Origin: Psammoneis japonica
Taxonomy: Eukaryota
Length of the DNA stretch: 64,000 nt
Direction: 5' to 3'
NCBI GenBank assembly: GCA_008632985.1
Contig: QPGO01000076.1
Span: 310,001-374,000 of the forward strand
Shown: positions 1-10,680 of the stretch, piece by piece
How the letters are laid out: each line of letters opens with the position of its first letter
Numbering within the stretch: position 1 is the stretch's first letter
Position numbers and translations under genes: made by a program
The notes under the pieces: model-generated
Seen by the model: the letters and a program-made list of their open reading frames with translations, nothing else
Told to the model about the DNA's origin: nothing
Database searches by the model: none

Positions 1-117
1 CATCAATATAGGGAATTATAGACAGTATGAAAGATTGGTGAATCGGCCCGCTCTCACTTCTCAGTTCATCCAACAATAAATATGCGAATGCAAAGCTTGC
101 AGTGGACTTTCTTCCCG

Positions 118-2730
118 TTATTGAACCCTTCTTTCTCGGTAGTATCCATGACAGTCGCTTGGATCCTGGCCGACATCAAGATTCAGACGCGGCAGTTCCT
201 TTTCTTGCGTAACAATGTCATGAACAAGGACAGTGTGCCTCTTCATGGTCATAACATCATTGTCGAACACGAGACTTCGGGCATCCATGTTTGAGTAGCT
301 CCAACAGCCGCCCATGATTTCGGTTCCATCGGCGTGTGATATTGAGAAACGAGGAGCGATTTCGTCCACTGAAACATTGTAGACGAAGAAACCGTCAAAG
401 GGTTCCTCTTTGTCATCTCTTGATCCCCACTGTGTGACAGGAATGATCAGGACCTTGTTAATATCGAGGTAACGAAACGCCTGATGGTCATATTCGGCTG
501 AGCTCGAAGCATGATCGTCGACGAAGTTCTGCAGTCTACGCGGATTTGCAAGATCCGCTACGTCGAAAAGAGAGATCTGCAGGCCACCACGCCACCCTTC
601 ATCAGGATCAACATACTGACCAACCCCAAGAATAACCGATCCATCAATTGGGTGGAGGTAACTACTGTAGCCAGGAATCTTTAGCTCGCCAACCATTGAC
701 GGATTGAATGGATCACTCATTTCAATCGTGTAGAAAGGATCTACTTGCCGGAACGTTACGACAAATCCACGAAGATCGATAAACCGGACAGAGTAAATGC
801 GTTCTGTGACACCGAGGCCGTCTACCAAACCCACGATAGTCAAGTTGGAGCTACTACCTTCAGCCGGGAGAGACAAGACCGTGACCTGGCTCGATGATGT
901 GTCACGAGGACGCCAGAAAAGAGGTCCACCTTGGGGCGCATTTTCCTGCTCCCATTCTGTCTCTTTTGTGGTAGCAACGCGCAAATAGTCGATGCCATCA
1001 ACTTGGTAAATGTCCAATGAGAACTGATTCAAGACATAACCAGGAACGCTTCCAACGGCCACGGCCCTGGTGGTCGCATTAAAGAACTCAAACACAAATA
1101 AAAACGTTTCTTCGTCCCAGACGCTTCGCCTCACTTCATTCCATCCTTGAGATGACATAATGAGAAAATTCTTGCTGCCATAGATGGTACTGAGCCGGTT
1201 TGACATGAGCAAACTTTTGGTGGATGTTGGAAAGCTAGTCTCGTTTACATCCCTCACATCGAAACTTGTTATTAAGGTCACATGTCCAAGGACCTGGCCT
1301 CCTGCAAACCAAAGCTCGTGCATGTCAGTCTCGTTGAAATCCGACGTCTGCAAAAGAGCAAGTCGGACAATGTCGTCACATATGGAACTTTCCATAGCTG
1401 CCAAGATTTCATCTCGCAAATTGCAAGCAAAGACCTCCAGTTTTTCTTCCACCATAGCTTCGGCCGCAATTCGAAACTCATACTCGGGAAGGTCTCGAGG
1501 ATATAGGGAGAAATCATATCGATCGACAAAGCTCAAGAATGATTTGTAACTGTCAATATTACTGGATGTGATGACGTGAATGAATTGGCCAATTGCACGA
1601 CCATTCAAGTACATCCCTGGGATATCTCTTCTTCCCATGAGTGACAACGGTGATCCATCCGTTGGAATATTTGAAACGTCGTAGACATATACTCTTGTAC
1701 TCTGCGGTGACAAAATGGGGTGCAAATCATCTGCGGGGTCTGAATATCCTGGCTCATAGAAAGAGCACTCTCCTGAAGCGATCACGACGAGCTGCTCATC
1801 ATGGAGCAATAGGCCTGCAATATTTGAATAGCAGTGAAACGAGTCGCCTCTAATTGAATTCTCGTCTTCTTCTATTACAGTTCTAATGTTCTCCATATCT
1901 TCCAAGCTGACAACTGGGATCCTTGTACGGCTTTTGAGTTCAAGTGTCTTCACCTCCCACACTACAACCTCGTTGCCATATTTAGCAAAGACATGGTTTC
2001 CATCTGACTTGACGGAGTCAGGTTCATCCACGCCCTTGACCTGATTGTTCGAAAGGAAACTATCTTCACCACCGCCAGATTCACCACCGCCAAATGTAGG
2101 CGACCCTGGCGCCGGCACCGGCCTCTCCGCTACGGGCGCACCATCAACTTCGCATTCCCAGCATCCTCCACCTCCCCCATACTGGTACCGCCTACCGTGA
2201 TAGTACGCTTGAGCACCGGTTTCGATCGCAAAATTAGCCATGTACTTGAGAGCGAGACGTAAATCGTTCTCAAACTCGCTGCAGTTCTTGTATGGCTCCA
2301 AGATCTCTGGACCAAAACCGTTCAGTTCTACTGCAAAGGAACCGCCCCCGGCCGAATCACCCCCTTCGTCCTTTGTAAGCCCAAAACCGAGTCCAAACGC
2401 CAAACCCACAGCTGCGACTAGTAGAATGATCAAAACACCAACGACGGACTTAGGTCTTTCCGTAATTCTCTGTAGAAATGATTTCGGCGCACGGGCATTG
2501 TCGATTTCTTCGACATTGCTTCTTGCCGATTCCAAGACTTCTTTGTCGTCTTTTGAGATAGTGCTCTGCTTCATGTCCTCTTTAGCAACTCCTACATCGA
2601 TGGCAACATTGCCAGCCTCGGCGTCACTTTCGTTCTCTGTTACTTCCATCTTCATGTAAACGCTATCCTTGTGGAGATTGTACGATTGAATGTCAGATTG
2701 AATGTGTTCGCAGTTCGCAAGTTTTCGCAT
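118..2730 (-). CDS. Membrane-anchored protein with C-terminal beta-propeller (Beta_propel / PF09826-like)
   Basis: Intact ~870-aa ORF with first ATG at 2730 (alternative 2655). One N-terminal TM helix (VVGVLIILLVAAVGLAFGLGFGL). Family motifs NNQVKGVDEPDSVKSDG, GYVLNQFSLD, LRVATT, ERIYSVRF...FVVTFRQVDPFYTIE, GELKIPGYSSYLHP. Confidence 0.85.
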   Translation of the reverse strand: MRKLANCEHIQSDIQSYNLHKDSVYMKMEVTENESDAEAGNVAIDVGVAKEDMKQSTISKDDKEVLESARSNVEEIDNARAPKSFLQRITERPKSVVGVLIILLVAAVGLAFGLGFGLTKDEGGDSAGGGSFAVELNGFGPEILEPYKNCSEFENDLRLALKYMANFAIETGAQAYYHGRRYQYGGGGGCWECEVDGAPVAERPVPAPGSPTFGGGESGGGEDSFLSNNQVKGVDEPDSVKSDGNHVFAKYGNEVVVWEVKTLELKSRTRIPVVSLEDMENIRTVIEEDENSIRGDSFHCYSNIAGLLLHDEQLVVIASGECSFYEPGYSDPADDLHPILSPQSTRVYVYDVSNIPTDGSPLSLMGRRDIPGMYLNGRAIGQFIHVITSSNIDSYKSFLSFVDRYDFSLYPRDLPEYEFRIAAEAMVEEKLEVFACNLRDEILAAMESSICDDIVRLALLQTSDFNETDMHELWFAGGQVLGHVTLITSFDVRDVNETSFPTSTKSLLMSNRLSTIYGSKNFLIMSSQGWNEVRRSVWDEETFLFVFEFFNATTRAVAVGSVPGYVLNQFSLDIYQVDGIDYLRVATTKETEWEQENAPQGGPLFWRPRDTSSSQVTVLSLPAEGSSSNLTIVGLVDGLGVTERIYSVRFIDLRGFVVTFRQVDPFYTIEMSDPFNPSMVGELKIPGYSSYLHPIDGSVILGVGQYVDPDEGWRGGLQISLFDVADLANPRRLQNFVDDHASSSAEYDHQAFRYLDINKVLIIPVTQWGSRDDKEEPFDGFFVYNVSVDEIAPRFSISHADGTEIMGGCWSYSNMDARSLVFDNDVMTMKRHTVLVHDIVTQEKELPRLNLDVGQDPSDCHGYYRERRVQ

Positions 2731-2781
2731 CCTCACATCGGTACACGGTGTATTTATTTGTTCGCGAAGATGCAGTCGTGG

Positions 2782-2966
2782 CGAGTAAATCTGGATGGAG
2801 GGCTATGTTATAATTTGGTGATTGGTTAAGATATATGGATCGAGTGGTGCTGCAGCGACACGCTCACAATCTAATCAGGTTTAGGTTCGCATTGACAGCG
2901 TCACTACTTTCTATTTAGACTTAAAAGGCATCGTGCTTGTTCTTTCGTTGCATCGAGATTTATTCG
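2782..2966 (+). repeat. 5' LTR (TpA retained)
   Basis: 185 bp, CGAGTAAATCT...AGATTTATTCG (11-bp terminal inverted repeat with 1 mismatch). Aligns to 9470-9652. Confidence 0.92.
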
Positions 2967-2969
2967 CTT

Positions 2970-2980
2970 TATCAGAGCCA
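2970..2980 (+). promoter_or_regulatory. Primer binding site complementary to the initiator tRNA-Met 3' region
   Basis: TATCAGAGCCA, 3 nt after the 5' LTR. Matches the canonical TGGTATCAGAGCCA PBS except for the first 3 nt. Confidence 0.65.
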
Positions 2981-3426
2981 AGACGAAAAAGACAGAGCGA
3001 AATGGTTTCGAATACAATTCGTCATGGACGATTGTTTGTTGTGTTGTTTGCATGGAACGTGCAGCTGCAGAAACGGCACTGAACTGTGCTCGATGCGTCA
3101 GAATTCGGATTGATGCGCACGATGATGCGTCTCGTGTCACTTGTTATAATGTCCACAAAAACAGCTTGCAATGGTAACACTCGCAAAGACAGTCACTATC
3201 CTCACATGTGCAACGGGTGTGAAGGGACTGCGGCATTGGGCGACATGCCCGAGCGTGTGCTCAACAATGTCGGTTGACATGAACGACACAGGACTGATCA
3301 CCCTGACGTCGGGTGGCTGTGTGAACCCGTTGTCACAACACAGAGAAAGTGCAGCCATCATGACCATGCAGACTCACAGCTGTGTGTTCCCGGTGCGGGA
3401 CCTTTGCACCCTTTCTCCATCACAGG

Positions 3427-4971
3427 ATGGCAGCAGCGGCAGCACCAGCAGCAGCACTTGCGGCGCTGGCCGCGGCAGCTGACGTTGACGCAGTTTCACA
3501 AGTTTGTGGTGTTGCTGACCAGAATGCAAGGGCGAGGTTGGTCTTCTATGAAGGGTTCACGACTTTGGAAAACATCGCAGTGATGGAGAGTGATCATGAT
3601 GTGGAAGATGTGGTGCAGAGGGCGTCTCGTCGCACGGTGGCCGACGGACGTGTGACTCTTGGGACTGTTCAGATCAAGAACTTGCAGGCGCTAGCATGGT
3701 GGTGCCAGGATTTGCTCAGACGGAATCAGCCATTGGTTGCGGCAGACTTTAATGCAGCAGCCACAGCTGCGGCCCGGAATGGCAGGCGCATCGAAAAGGA
3801 GCGCACGGATTCGGACGCGTCGGCAAGCGGTCTCGTAAAGTTCAAGCCCGATGACTTCGATGTGTGCGAAGATGCTTTCTTGAATCTCTTGGCACAGAAA
3901 TTTGGTGTGTTGAAAGAACCCCTTCGCCATGTTGTGAGGACAATTCCAGCTCCGGCTGCATTCACGGATGCTCAACAACAGCGCATGCACCAGATGCCAT
4001 TGAATGGCGCCGCATGTGACGAGGACAACCGCAGCGTTCACCGTGTGTTGAAGGAACACTTGGTCGACACGGCAGGATGGGCATGGATCAAACTGTTCAA
4101 CGTGACAGAAGACGGACGTGGAGCATTCAACGCATGGGTTGACCATTGCAATGGACAGGGCGAGTTGAGCAAGCGCATCCATCTGGCTGCGGCAACTGTT
4201 GAAACCTTGTTTTGTAAAAAGGAAGGATCGCTCCCGTTCGAAAAGTTCAATGAGAAACTTGCCAGTGCTTTCGCTGCTTTGAACAAATCACCGGATGACC
4301 ACAAATCTGAACGACAGAAAGTTGACATTCTTCTAAAAGGGATCCGAACGGATGACACTCGTCTCATTGCAGCAACGGCTGTCATTGGCAGTCAGCGCCC
4401 TCGTGACTTCACGGGGGCATGTGCTTGTTTCTCATCCGAAGTCTCTCGTTTGCATGCAGGTGCTCAGTTGGAAGCCCGGCGTCACTCGAAGCGCAAGATT
4501 TCTGAAATGAGCCGTGGTGGCAGTGGTGGCCGCGGTTTTTATCGAGGTCGCGGTCGCGGAGGAAGATTTGGACATGGGGGTGGACGCGGACGTGGTGGTG
4601 GCCGTCAAGGCAGAGGTGGCGACCACACTACGATGATCAATGGAGTCGATGCATCCGACCCTACAAGGAGCTTCAGTGCTCAAGAATGGGAAAAGTTGCA
4701 GCACAATGGGGGCATGAGCTGCGTGTTCCAAGCTCGCGAACGAATGGGTCATGGACGCGGTGGTGGCCGTGGGTCTCCCGCAGGTCAACAAGGACGCGAT
4801 GGGGGCGGCAGGCATGCAGCTGAAGCCCAAGTCTGTCAAGATGGCCAAGGCCAAACCCAACAACAGGATCAGGAGCAAAGGAGTGGCGGGCGTGGTCGCG
4901 GCGCTGACCGGGATCACGGTGGACGCAATGGACACGCCTTCGGTCGGGGAGCCTACAATGGTTCCACCTGA
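3427..4971 (+). CDS. gag: Copia gag-like protein (Tyr-depleted)
   Basis: ORF from ATG 3427 after the PBS, with a Gly/Arg (RGG)-rich C-terminus. Only 3 Tyr in ~514 aa. Confidence 0.8.
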   Translation: MAAAAAPAAALAALAAAADVDAVSQVCGVADQNARARLVFYEGFTTLENIAVMESDHDVEDVVQRASRRTVADGRVTLGTVQIKNLQALAWWCQDLLRRNQPLVAADFNAAATAAARNGRRIEKERTDSDASASGLVKFKPDDFDVCEDAFLNLLAQKFGVLKEPLRHVVRTIPAPAAFTDAQQQRMHQMPLNGAACDEDNRSVHRVLKEHLVDTAGWAWIKLFNVTEDGRGAFNAWVDHCNGQGELSKRIHLAAATVETLFCKKEGSLPFEKFNEKLASAFAALNKSPDDHKSERQKVDILLKGIRTDDTRLIAATAVIGSQRPRDFTGACACFSSEVSRLHAGAQLEARRHSKRKISEMSRGGSGGRGFYRGRGRGGRFGHGGGRGRGGGRQGRGGDHTTMINGVDASDPTRSFSAQEWEKLQHNGGMSCVFQARERMGHGRGGGRGSPAGQQGRDGGGRHAAEAQVCQDGQGQTQQQDQEQRSGGRGRGADRDHGGRNGHAFGRGAYNGST

Positions 4972-5051
4972 CTCCTTGGGGTGGCAACAGCTGCTGGAGC
5001 ATTGGCGCATTTGGCACACTTGTCGTTTTTGCTTGTGTTGCTCTTCTTGCT

Positions 5052-8000
5052 GTGTTGACCAAACCCCACCCAACATCTCGTTTCAAAGGAAAGGCGACAA
5101 AGAGGCACATTGCCGTGACATCAAAACGTGTGATCCGATCGACGAGTTCTGCACAGATGACAAATTTGATGACACCTGGGTTTGTCGCTCAAAATGAATG
5201 TGATGCTCACGCGGACACTTGTTGCGCTGGGGCGAACTGGAAGCTCATGGAGATGACAAATGAAGTGTGTGAGGTACATCCATTTCTGGACTCTTGTGAG
5301 CCGATCAAACAGATTCCTGTGGCACGTTGTTGCACCGCATGGACAGATCCGGAAACGACTCGTGAACATTTGCTGGTTGGTGATCAAATGCTCTGGTTTG
5401 GGACCGACATGGAACACTCACTTTTGAATCCTAACCAACTCCGTGCGTGCAACATGCCCGCACACGACAACCCTTGCGACACCCGAAACGGATTTGGCAT
5501 TGAAGCTGATGAAGCTTTCATCCCTTTCAACACCACGGGGACAATTGTGTCTTTCAAGTCTCGTGTTCCAGCGGATTGGGAAGTGCAGAACTTGCCGGTC
5601 ATGCTGTTGACAGGTGACGCATGGGATCCAGCACAGACAGACATGGGCTCACCGGAGCGCGCTAGAGAGCAGGCGGAGATGCGCACTGTTCGATCATTGG
5701 CCTCTGGCATGCGACAAGAACAGGTCTCGGAATTAAGGAGCGAGAAGGCAAAGTCCCAAGCAGCACGCTGGGGCGAGGTCGAAATGCAACTGTCGTCTGC
5801 ATCTCCCATCTGTCAACTTCAATCATTTTGCGACAGGCTTGTCAGCTCAGTGAACGTGGCTTGCACACATCGCGACGACGTGGACAAGAGGCAGAGGGCA
5901 GTCAAAGATTTGTGTGGCAAGGATCGGCACTCGAAGGTTGACGCTGAAGAGCTGGCCCGAAAATGGAATGTCGGTTTAGAAACGGCAAAAGACACTCTCA
6001 ATGTAACAACTCAGCGCGGTGTACAAACGGCGACCCAGCCGATGTCACGAAGAGTGAGGGTGGATCATCTTGACTTGCATCGGAAGCGTCTGAAAGGAAC
6101 ATGGTTTGTGGACACTTTGACATCCAAGGTGAAGTCTTTGCTCGGTGACACGTGTGCCAATGTTTGTGCTCAGGGCAAATTCGTGAAGGTTGCGCCGATG
6201 ACCGCCAGGTCGGAGGCAGGTTCATCTCTTGTTGAATTCACAGACGACATGGGTGCACCAGAACATCTTATGTCAGACGGGGCAGGAGAGTTCACTGGAA
6301 GGAGCACCGAATTTGTGAGACACGCACGATGTATGAGAATGCAATCAAGAACATCAGAGCAGGGTCGGAAGAACCAGAACCAGGCAGCGGAGCGTGAAAT
6401 TGGTTTCTCAGCCAAACGTTGGCGGCTGCGGATGACGAAGAAGAAGGCACCAAAGCGATTGTGGGATTTTGGTCTTGTTTGCGAGTCGGAATTAGTGTCA
6501 TGCATGGCAAGAGGCAGGGATGAGAGGACTGGATGTGAAGAGGTCACTGGGCAGACACCAGAGACAGGCAAGCATTTGGATTTTGGTTTCTGCGACATGG
6601 CATGGTGGTGGGACAGGCCCAACAAGCCGAGTGCAACTGACAATCCTCGAAGGCTTGGACGGTGGCTTGGTGTCTCACACAAAGTTGGCTCGGATGTGTG
6701 CCATTGGATTGTTGCGGAAAGCGGGAAGATTGTCTCCAAAACATCGGTCGAGCACGTGACACAGGCTGATGTGGTGCAACCGGACATTCGCGTCAAGGTC
6801 GACAACTTTAATGAGCAGCTGGAGAAGCAATTGGACGATGCCAACTTTGTCTTAAAAGGCGATGAAGCTGTGCCCACATTCGTGTTGGACGATCTTGCAA
6901 TTGACGGCAACCTTGGTGTGGAGTGTGAGGGCGGCATCACGCCAGAGGACGAAGAATGTGGCAACATGCCATCACCCGACGAGTGACCAGACGACGATGA
7001 CGAGCAGGCAATCGATCAACACCTGGGAATGGAACTCATGTTTGACATCGGAACCAACGGCGAGCGACGTGGTGTTGTGATGAAACATGCAAGAGGACAG
7101 GATGGGCGTCCAATTGGGACTCGGCAACAAAACCCATTGTTTGACACTCGCAAATGCGAAGTGGAACATGCCGACGGAACCACAGACAAGTGTGCAGCCA
7201 ATGTTGTTGCCGAGAACATGTTTGCTCAGGTCGACAGTGAGGGCAACCAGCATTCTATCTTGCATGAAATGCAGGACCACGAGAGGAGTGACGATGCGGT
7301 GTCGATTGCTGATGGCACCGTACGAACCGCTGACGGGAAGGAGAAGAAGAAGATCACAACAAAAGGATGGAAGTCATTGGTCGGATGGAAGGATGGCTGC
7401 TCATCTTGGGTCAAACTCAAAGATCTAAAGGACTCTAACCCCACTGAAGTTGCTGAGCATGCTGTTGCGAACAGGTTGACGGAAGAACCTGCTTTTGCTT
7501 GGTGGGTCACACATGTCCCACGCAAACGGAACCGCATCACATCCAAGGTCAAGAAGAAGTGCTGGTGCACGACTCACAAGTTTGGGGTCTGATTGCCCAA
7601 GTCCACGGAGGACGCTTTGCGGATTGATCAGGAAACGGGGACAGATTGTTGGGCTCGTGCAATCAACAAGGAGATGGCAAAGGCAAAGGTGGCATGGTGC
7701 GAGCACGAAGCTGAAACCCCTCAAGTGGTCCGGGAAGGCAAGAGTGCAACTTTGCGTGGTTGTCAGGAGATCAGGTGCCACATGGTGTTCGACATTAAAA
7801 TGGATTTCACCAGAAAGGCAAGGTTTGTAGCTGGCGGACACACGACAGAGGCCCCGGCATCGATCACTTGCTCCAGCGTGGTTTCCAGAGACAGTGTGCG
7901 ACTTGGATTCTTGTTGGCAGCCTTGAATGGCATCGATGTTGCGGCAATTGATCTGGAGAATGCTTGTCTCAATGCACCGTGCGCAGAAAAGACATGGTTT

Positions 8001-9305
8001 GAAGGCGGAAAGGAATGCGGCGAGTGTGAAGGAAAGGTGCTCATTGTCACTCGGGCGTCACATGGCTCAAAGAGCTCGGGATGCTCTTGGAGGTCTGCAC
8101 TGTCATCGGTCTTGCATGACTCAGGCTTCGAATCAACGAGAGCGGACCCAGATGTCCACTTGCGTGCGGCGACTCGTGAGGATGGGCACGAGTGTTGTGA
8201 AATGCTTTTGGTTTGTGTCGATGACACACCAATCATTTCCCATCAAGGGAAGTCCATTGTTGCTGCAGTGGGTGAACACTGTGCCATGAAGCCCGGCAGT
8301 GAAGGAGAACCAGAAGTTCATCTTGGAGCTAACATTGAGAAGGTTCAGACTCAGGATGGGCACACAATCTGGGCGAGTTCACCGAGGTCACATGTCAAAT
8401 CGGCGATTGAGACTGTGGAAGGCCTGTTGGATGAAGACGGCAATGGAGAGGTTCTGAAGAACAGTGCAAAGGATCCACCACCCCTGAAATGCAAACCGGA
8501 ACTGGACGTGACGGACGAGTTAGGTCCCGACTTGGTGGACAGGCATTTGCAGCTGACAGGGATTTGTCGTTGGGCGATCGAGTTGGGTCGCATCGACATC
8601 TTGCATGAGGTTTCAATCCCATCTCAACATCAAGCTAATCCAAGGAAAGGACATCTTGAGGCATTGCATCGTGCACTTGCGTGTGTGAAGAAACACCAGA
8701 ACGTCGGACGCATCGGATTTGATCCAAAGGAACCGGTGATTGATGAATCTGTTTTCAATTCAAACGCAGACTGGACCGAGTTTTACGGGGACGTCGAGGA
8801 GGAACTGCCGCCACGGGCACTGAAGCCTCGTGGCAATCCGGCGAACATCTGTGCATTTGTTGACGCTAACCATGCAGGGAATGTTGTCACTCGCAGGTCG
8901 CATGGCGGGATTCTGACATTCGTCAATGACGAGCCAGTGGTGTGGTTCAGCAAGCGGCAGAACATGGTGGAATCGGCAACGTTTGGAAGTGAATTGGTTG
9001 CAGTGCGGATTTGTAAGGAATTGATTGTTGCTTTGCATTGCAAGCTTCACATGTTTGGGGTTCCCCTTGAAGGACCGGCAAGTGTCTTTTGTGACAATCG
9101 CGGTGTTGTGAAGAACGCAAGTGTGCCCGAGTCGGTTTTGCACAAGAAGCACAATGCCATCAACTGCCATGTTGTGCGAGAAGCGGTCGCAGCGGGAATT
9201 GTTCGTGTTGGCAAGGAGGACACGGAAACGAACTTGGCCGATCTACTTACGAAGGTGGTTGCAGGAGAGCGGCGATGGAAGCTTTGCTCGTGCATTTTTT
9301 GGCAA
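5052..9305 (+). pseudogene. pol: Copia pol (protease, integrase, RT, RNase H) pseudogene
   Basis: Protease DAHADTCC. Integrase SDGAGEF...NQAAEREI. RT CHMVFDIKMDFTRKARFVAGGH and LVCVDD (YVDD motif, 8214-8225). RNase H FVDANHAG...ESATFGSEL...NLADLLTK. In-frame TGA stops at 6984-6986 and 7590-7592. Likely original stop TAA now reads CAA (9303-9305). Confidence 0.93.
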
Positions 9306-9469
9306 TGTCCCGACACCAAGGCCAGGCACCTGTGGCTCGTGTCCACGTGTCGTGGCCTCCCAAGCCAGCACATCTGGTGGTTTAATTTGGGTTCTTGTGG
9401 TTTGCCTCTCTGTGAGAGGATGTTGCATGTTTGGACGAATCGGCATTGCCATTGCCGTTTCGCGGGGAC

Positions 9470-9652
9470 TGAGTAAATCTGGATGGAGGGCTGTGTCATA
9501 ATTTGGTGATTGGTTGAGACACATGGATCGAGTGGTGCTGCAGCGACATGCTCACAATCTAATCAGGTTTGGGTTCGCATTGACAGCGTCACCACTTTCT
9601 GTTTAGACTTGAGGCATCGTGCTTGTTCTTTCATTGCATCGAGATTCATTCG
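9470..9652 (+). repeat. 3' LTR (TpA-mutated copy)
   Basis: Aligns end to end with 2782-2966, with 13 substitutions and one 2-bp indel. Confidence 0.92.
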
Positions 9653-9815
9653 GTGGATGTGTGATTCCCCAAATTTGTCGTTGCTGACCCTGTCGAATGA
9701 TCCTGCCTGCCACACAAACAGCAACCTGATGAACGTGCACATGCCAAAGGAATCATTGCATGAACATTCATCAGTGTGACAGACTGGTGGCTGTGATGCT
9801 GCTGCCATCAGAAGG

Positions 9816-9940
9816 CTGCTCACACCCAGGCAGGGAGAAAGTGACAATGCAGATTGTTTGGCACACAGGCAGAGCTGCGGCCCAAGCAACTCGACAGTCT
9901 GCTCACACCCGCTCAGGGAGAAAGTGACAACGCAGATTTG
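9816..9940 (+). repeat. Short direct duplication (~40 bp x2)
   Basis: CTGCTCACACCC..CAGGGAGAAAGTGACAA.GCAGATT at ~9816 and ~9899. Confidence 0.7.
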
Positions 9941-10374
9941 CGCAGAGCCCGTTGGTCTGCGGCATTTTCAGCACATGTTTTACATGCGCAATTTTCTGCA
10001 CACTTCACAACAGCACACCCTCTCCCCAAAGTTTGAAAAATGAGAGCGCGCGCTGTCATGACTCACATGGATCCTGCGTGTGGTCATGAATCTGCAAATC
10101 GACAACCGGCCATGGCAGCAAAAGACTTTGCCCTGTTGGCCGATGACAGCAGCTCAATGCATGGTGAAACCTGCCATCCTTCTGGTTGGTCAAGGTGGGG
10201 TTTTATTTGGGTGCAGCTTGAGTTTCGTGATTGCGAGTGTGCTGCCACGAATCTGCTGCATCCAGAATGCTGAGCTGCTGGTGTGTTGTTTTGTGTTGTG
10301 TGCACGCATGTCACAAACTTGCTTTTCTGCAGCATTGGCACAATCACGCACATCAGAGTTTTGCACCCAAAATC

Positions 10375-10680
10375 ATCACAAGTTGCCACAAACTGCACTG
10401 TTCAAACAAGGCATGCACAAAAAGAGGTTCATTGGTTTTTGGTGCATTCGCCAACAACACATCCATCTTCTCCAATTTCTACATCCAGATCCAGAAAGAC
10501 TGCAGGTGGTGCTTGTTGCTGCAGCTCTCAGAGTTGCACACATGAAAAGTTCTTTGCCACATGTGACACTCTTCAAAAAAGGCATGCACAGAAAGAGCTT
10601 CATTTGTTTTTGATGTGTTCACTTGTGTTGCACCCGTCTTCTCCAATTTCTGTGTCCAGATCCAGAAAGGCTGCAGAGCT
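10375..10680 (+). repeat. Diverged tandem duplication (~170-bp period)
   Basis: TTCAAA.AAGGCATGCACA.AAAGAG.TTCATT...TCTTCTCCAATTTCT...TCCAGATCCAGAAAG.CTGCAG at ~10401 and ~10572. Confidence 0.75.

Larger units (their letters stand above)
2782..9652 (+). mobile_element. Full-length but mutationally inactivated Ty1/copia (CoDi-like) LTR retrotransposon
   Basis: Direct repeats at 2782-2966 and 9470-9652. GTGG flanks both ends (2778-2781, 9653-9656). PBS-like TATCAGAGCCA at 2970-2980 and G-rich PPT-like GCGGGGAC before the 3' LTR. gag followed by PR-IN-RT-RNaseH (copia order). Confidence 0.95.

Noticed and set aside
3427..9305. ADAR/APOBEC-type editing of the retroelement RNA or cDNA
   Set aside because: Changes are strand-symmetric (TG and CA equally), differ between the two LTRs, and extend into non-retroelement DNA.
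5052..9476. Alternative genetic code or selenocysteine readthrough explaining Cys-for-Tyr and the TGA codons
   Set aside because: Neighbouring host genes use TAY for Tyr and standard stops. Changes also affect Leu, Ile and Val codons and non-coding LTR DNA.
2782..9652. Classical RIP (CpA->TpA) acting on the 5' LTR
   Set aside because: Conserved Tyr codons in pol are lost, not gained. The TA-bearing LTR preserves the terminal inverted repeat, and RIP would hit both copies.
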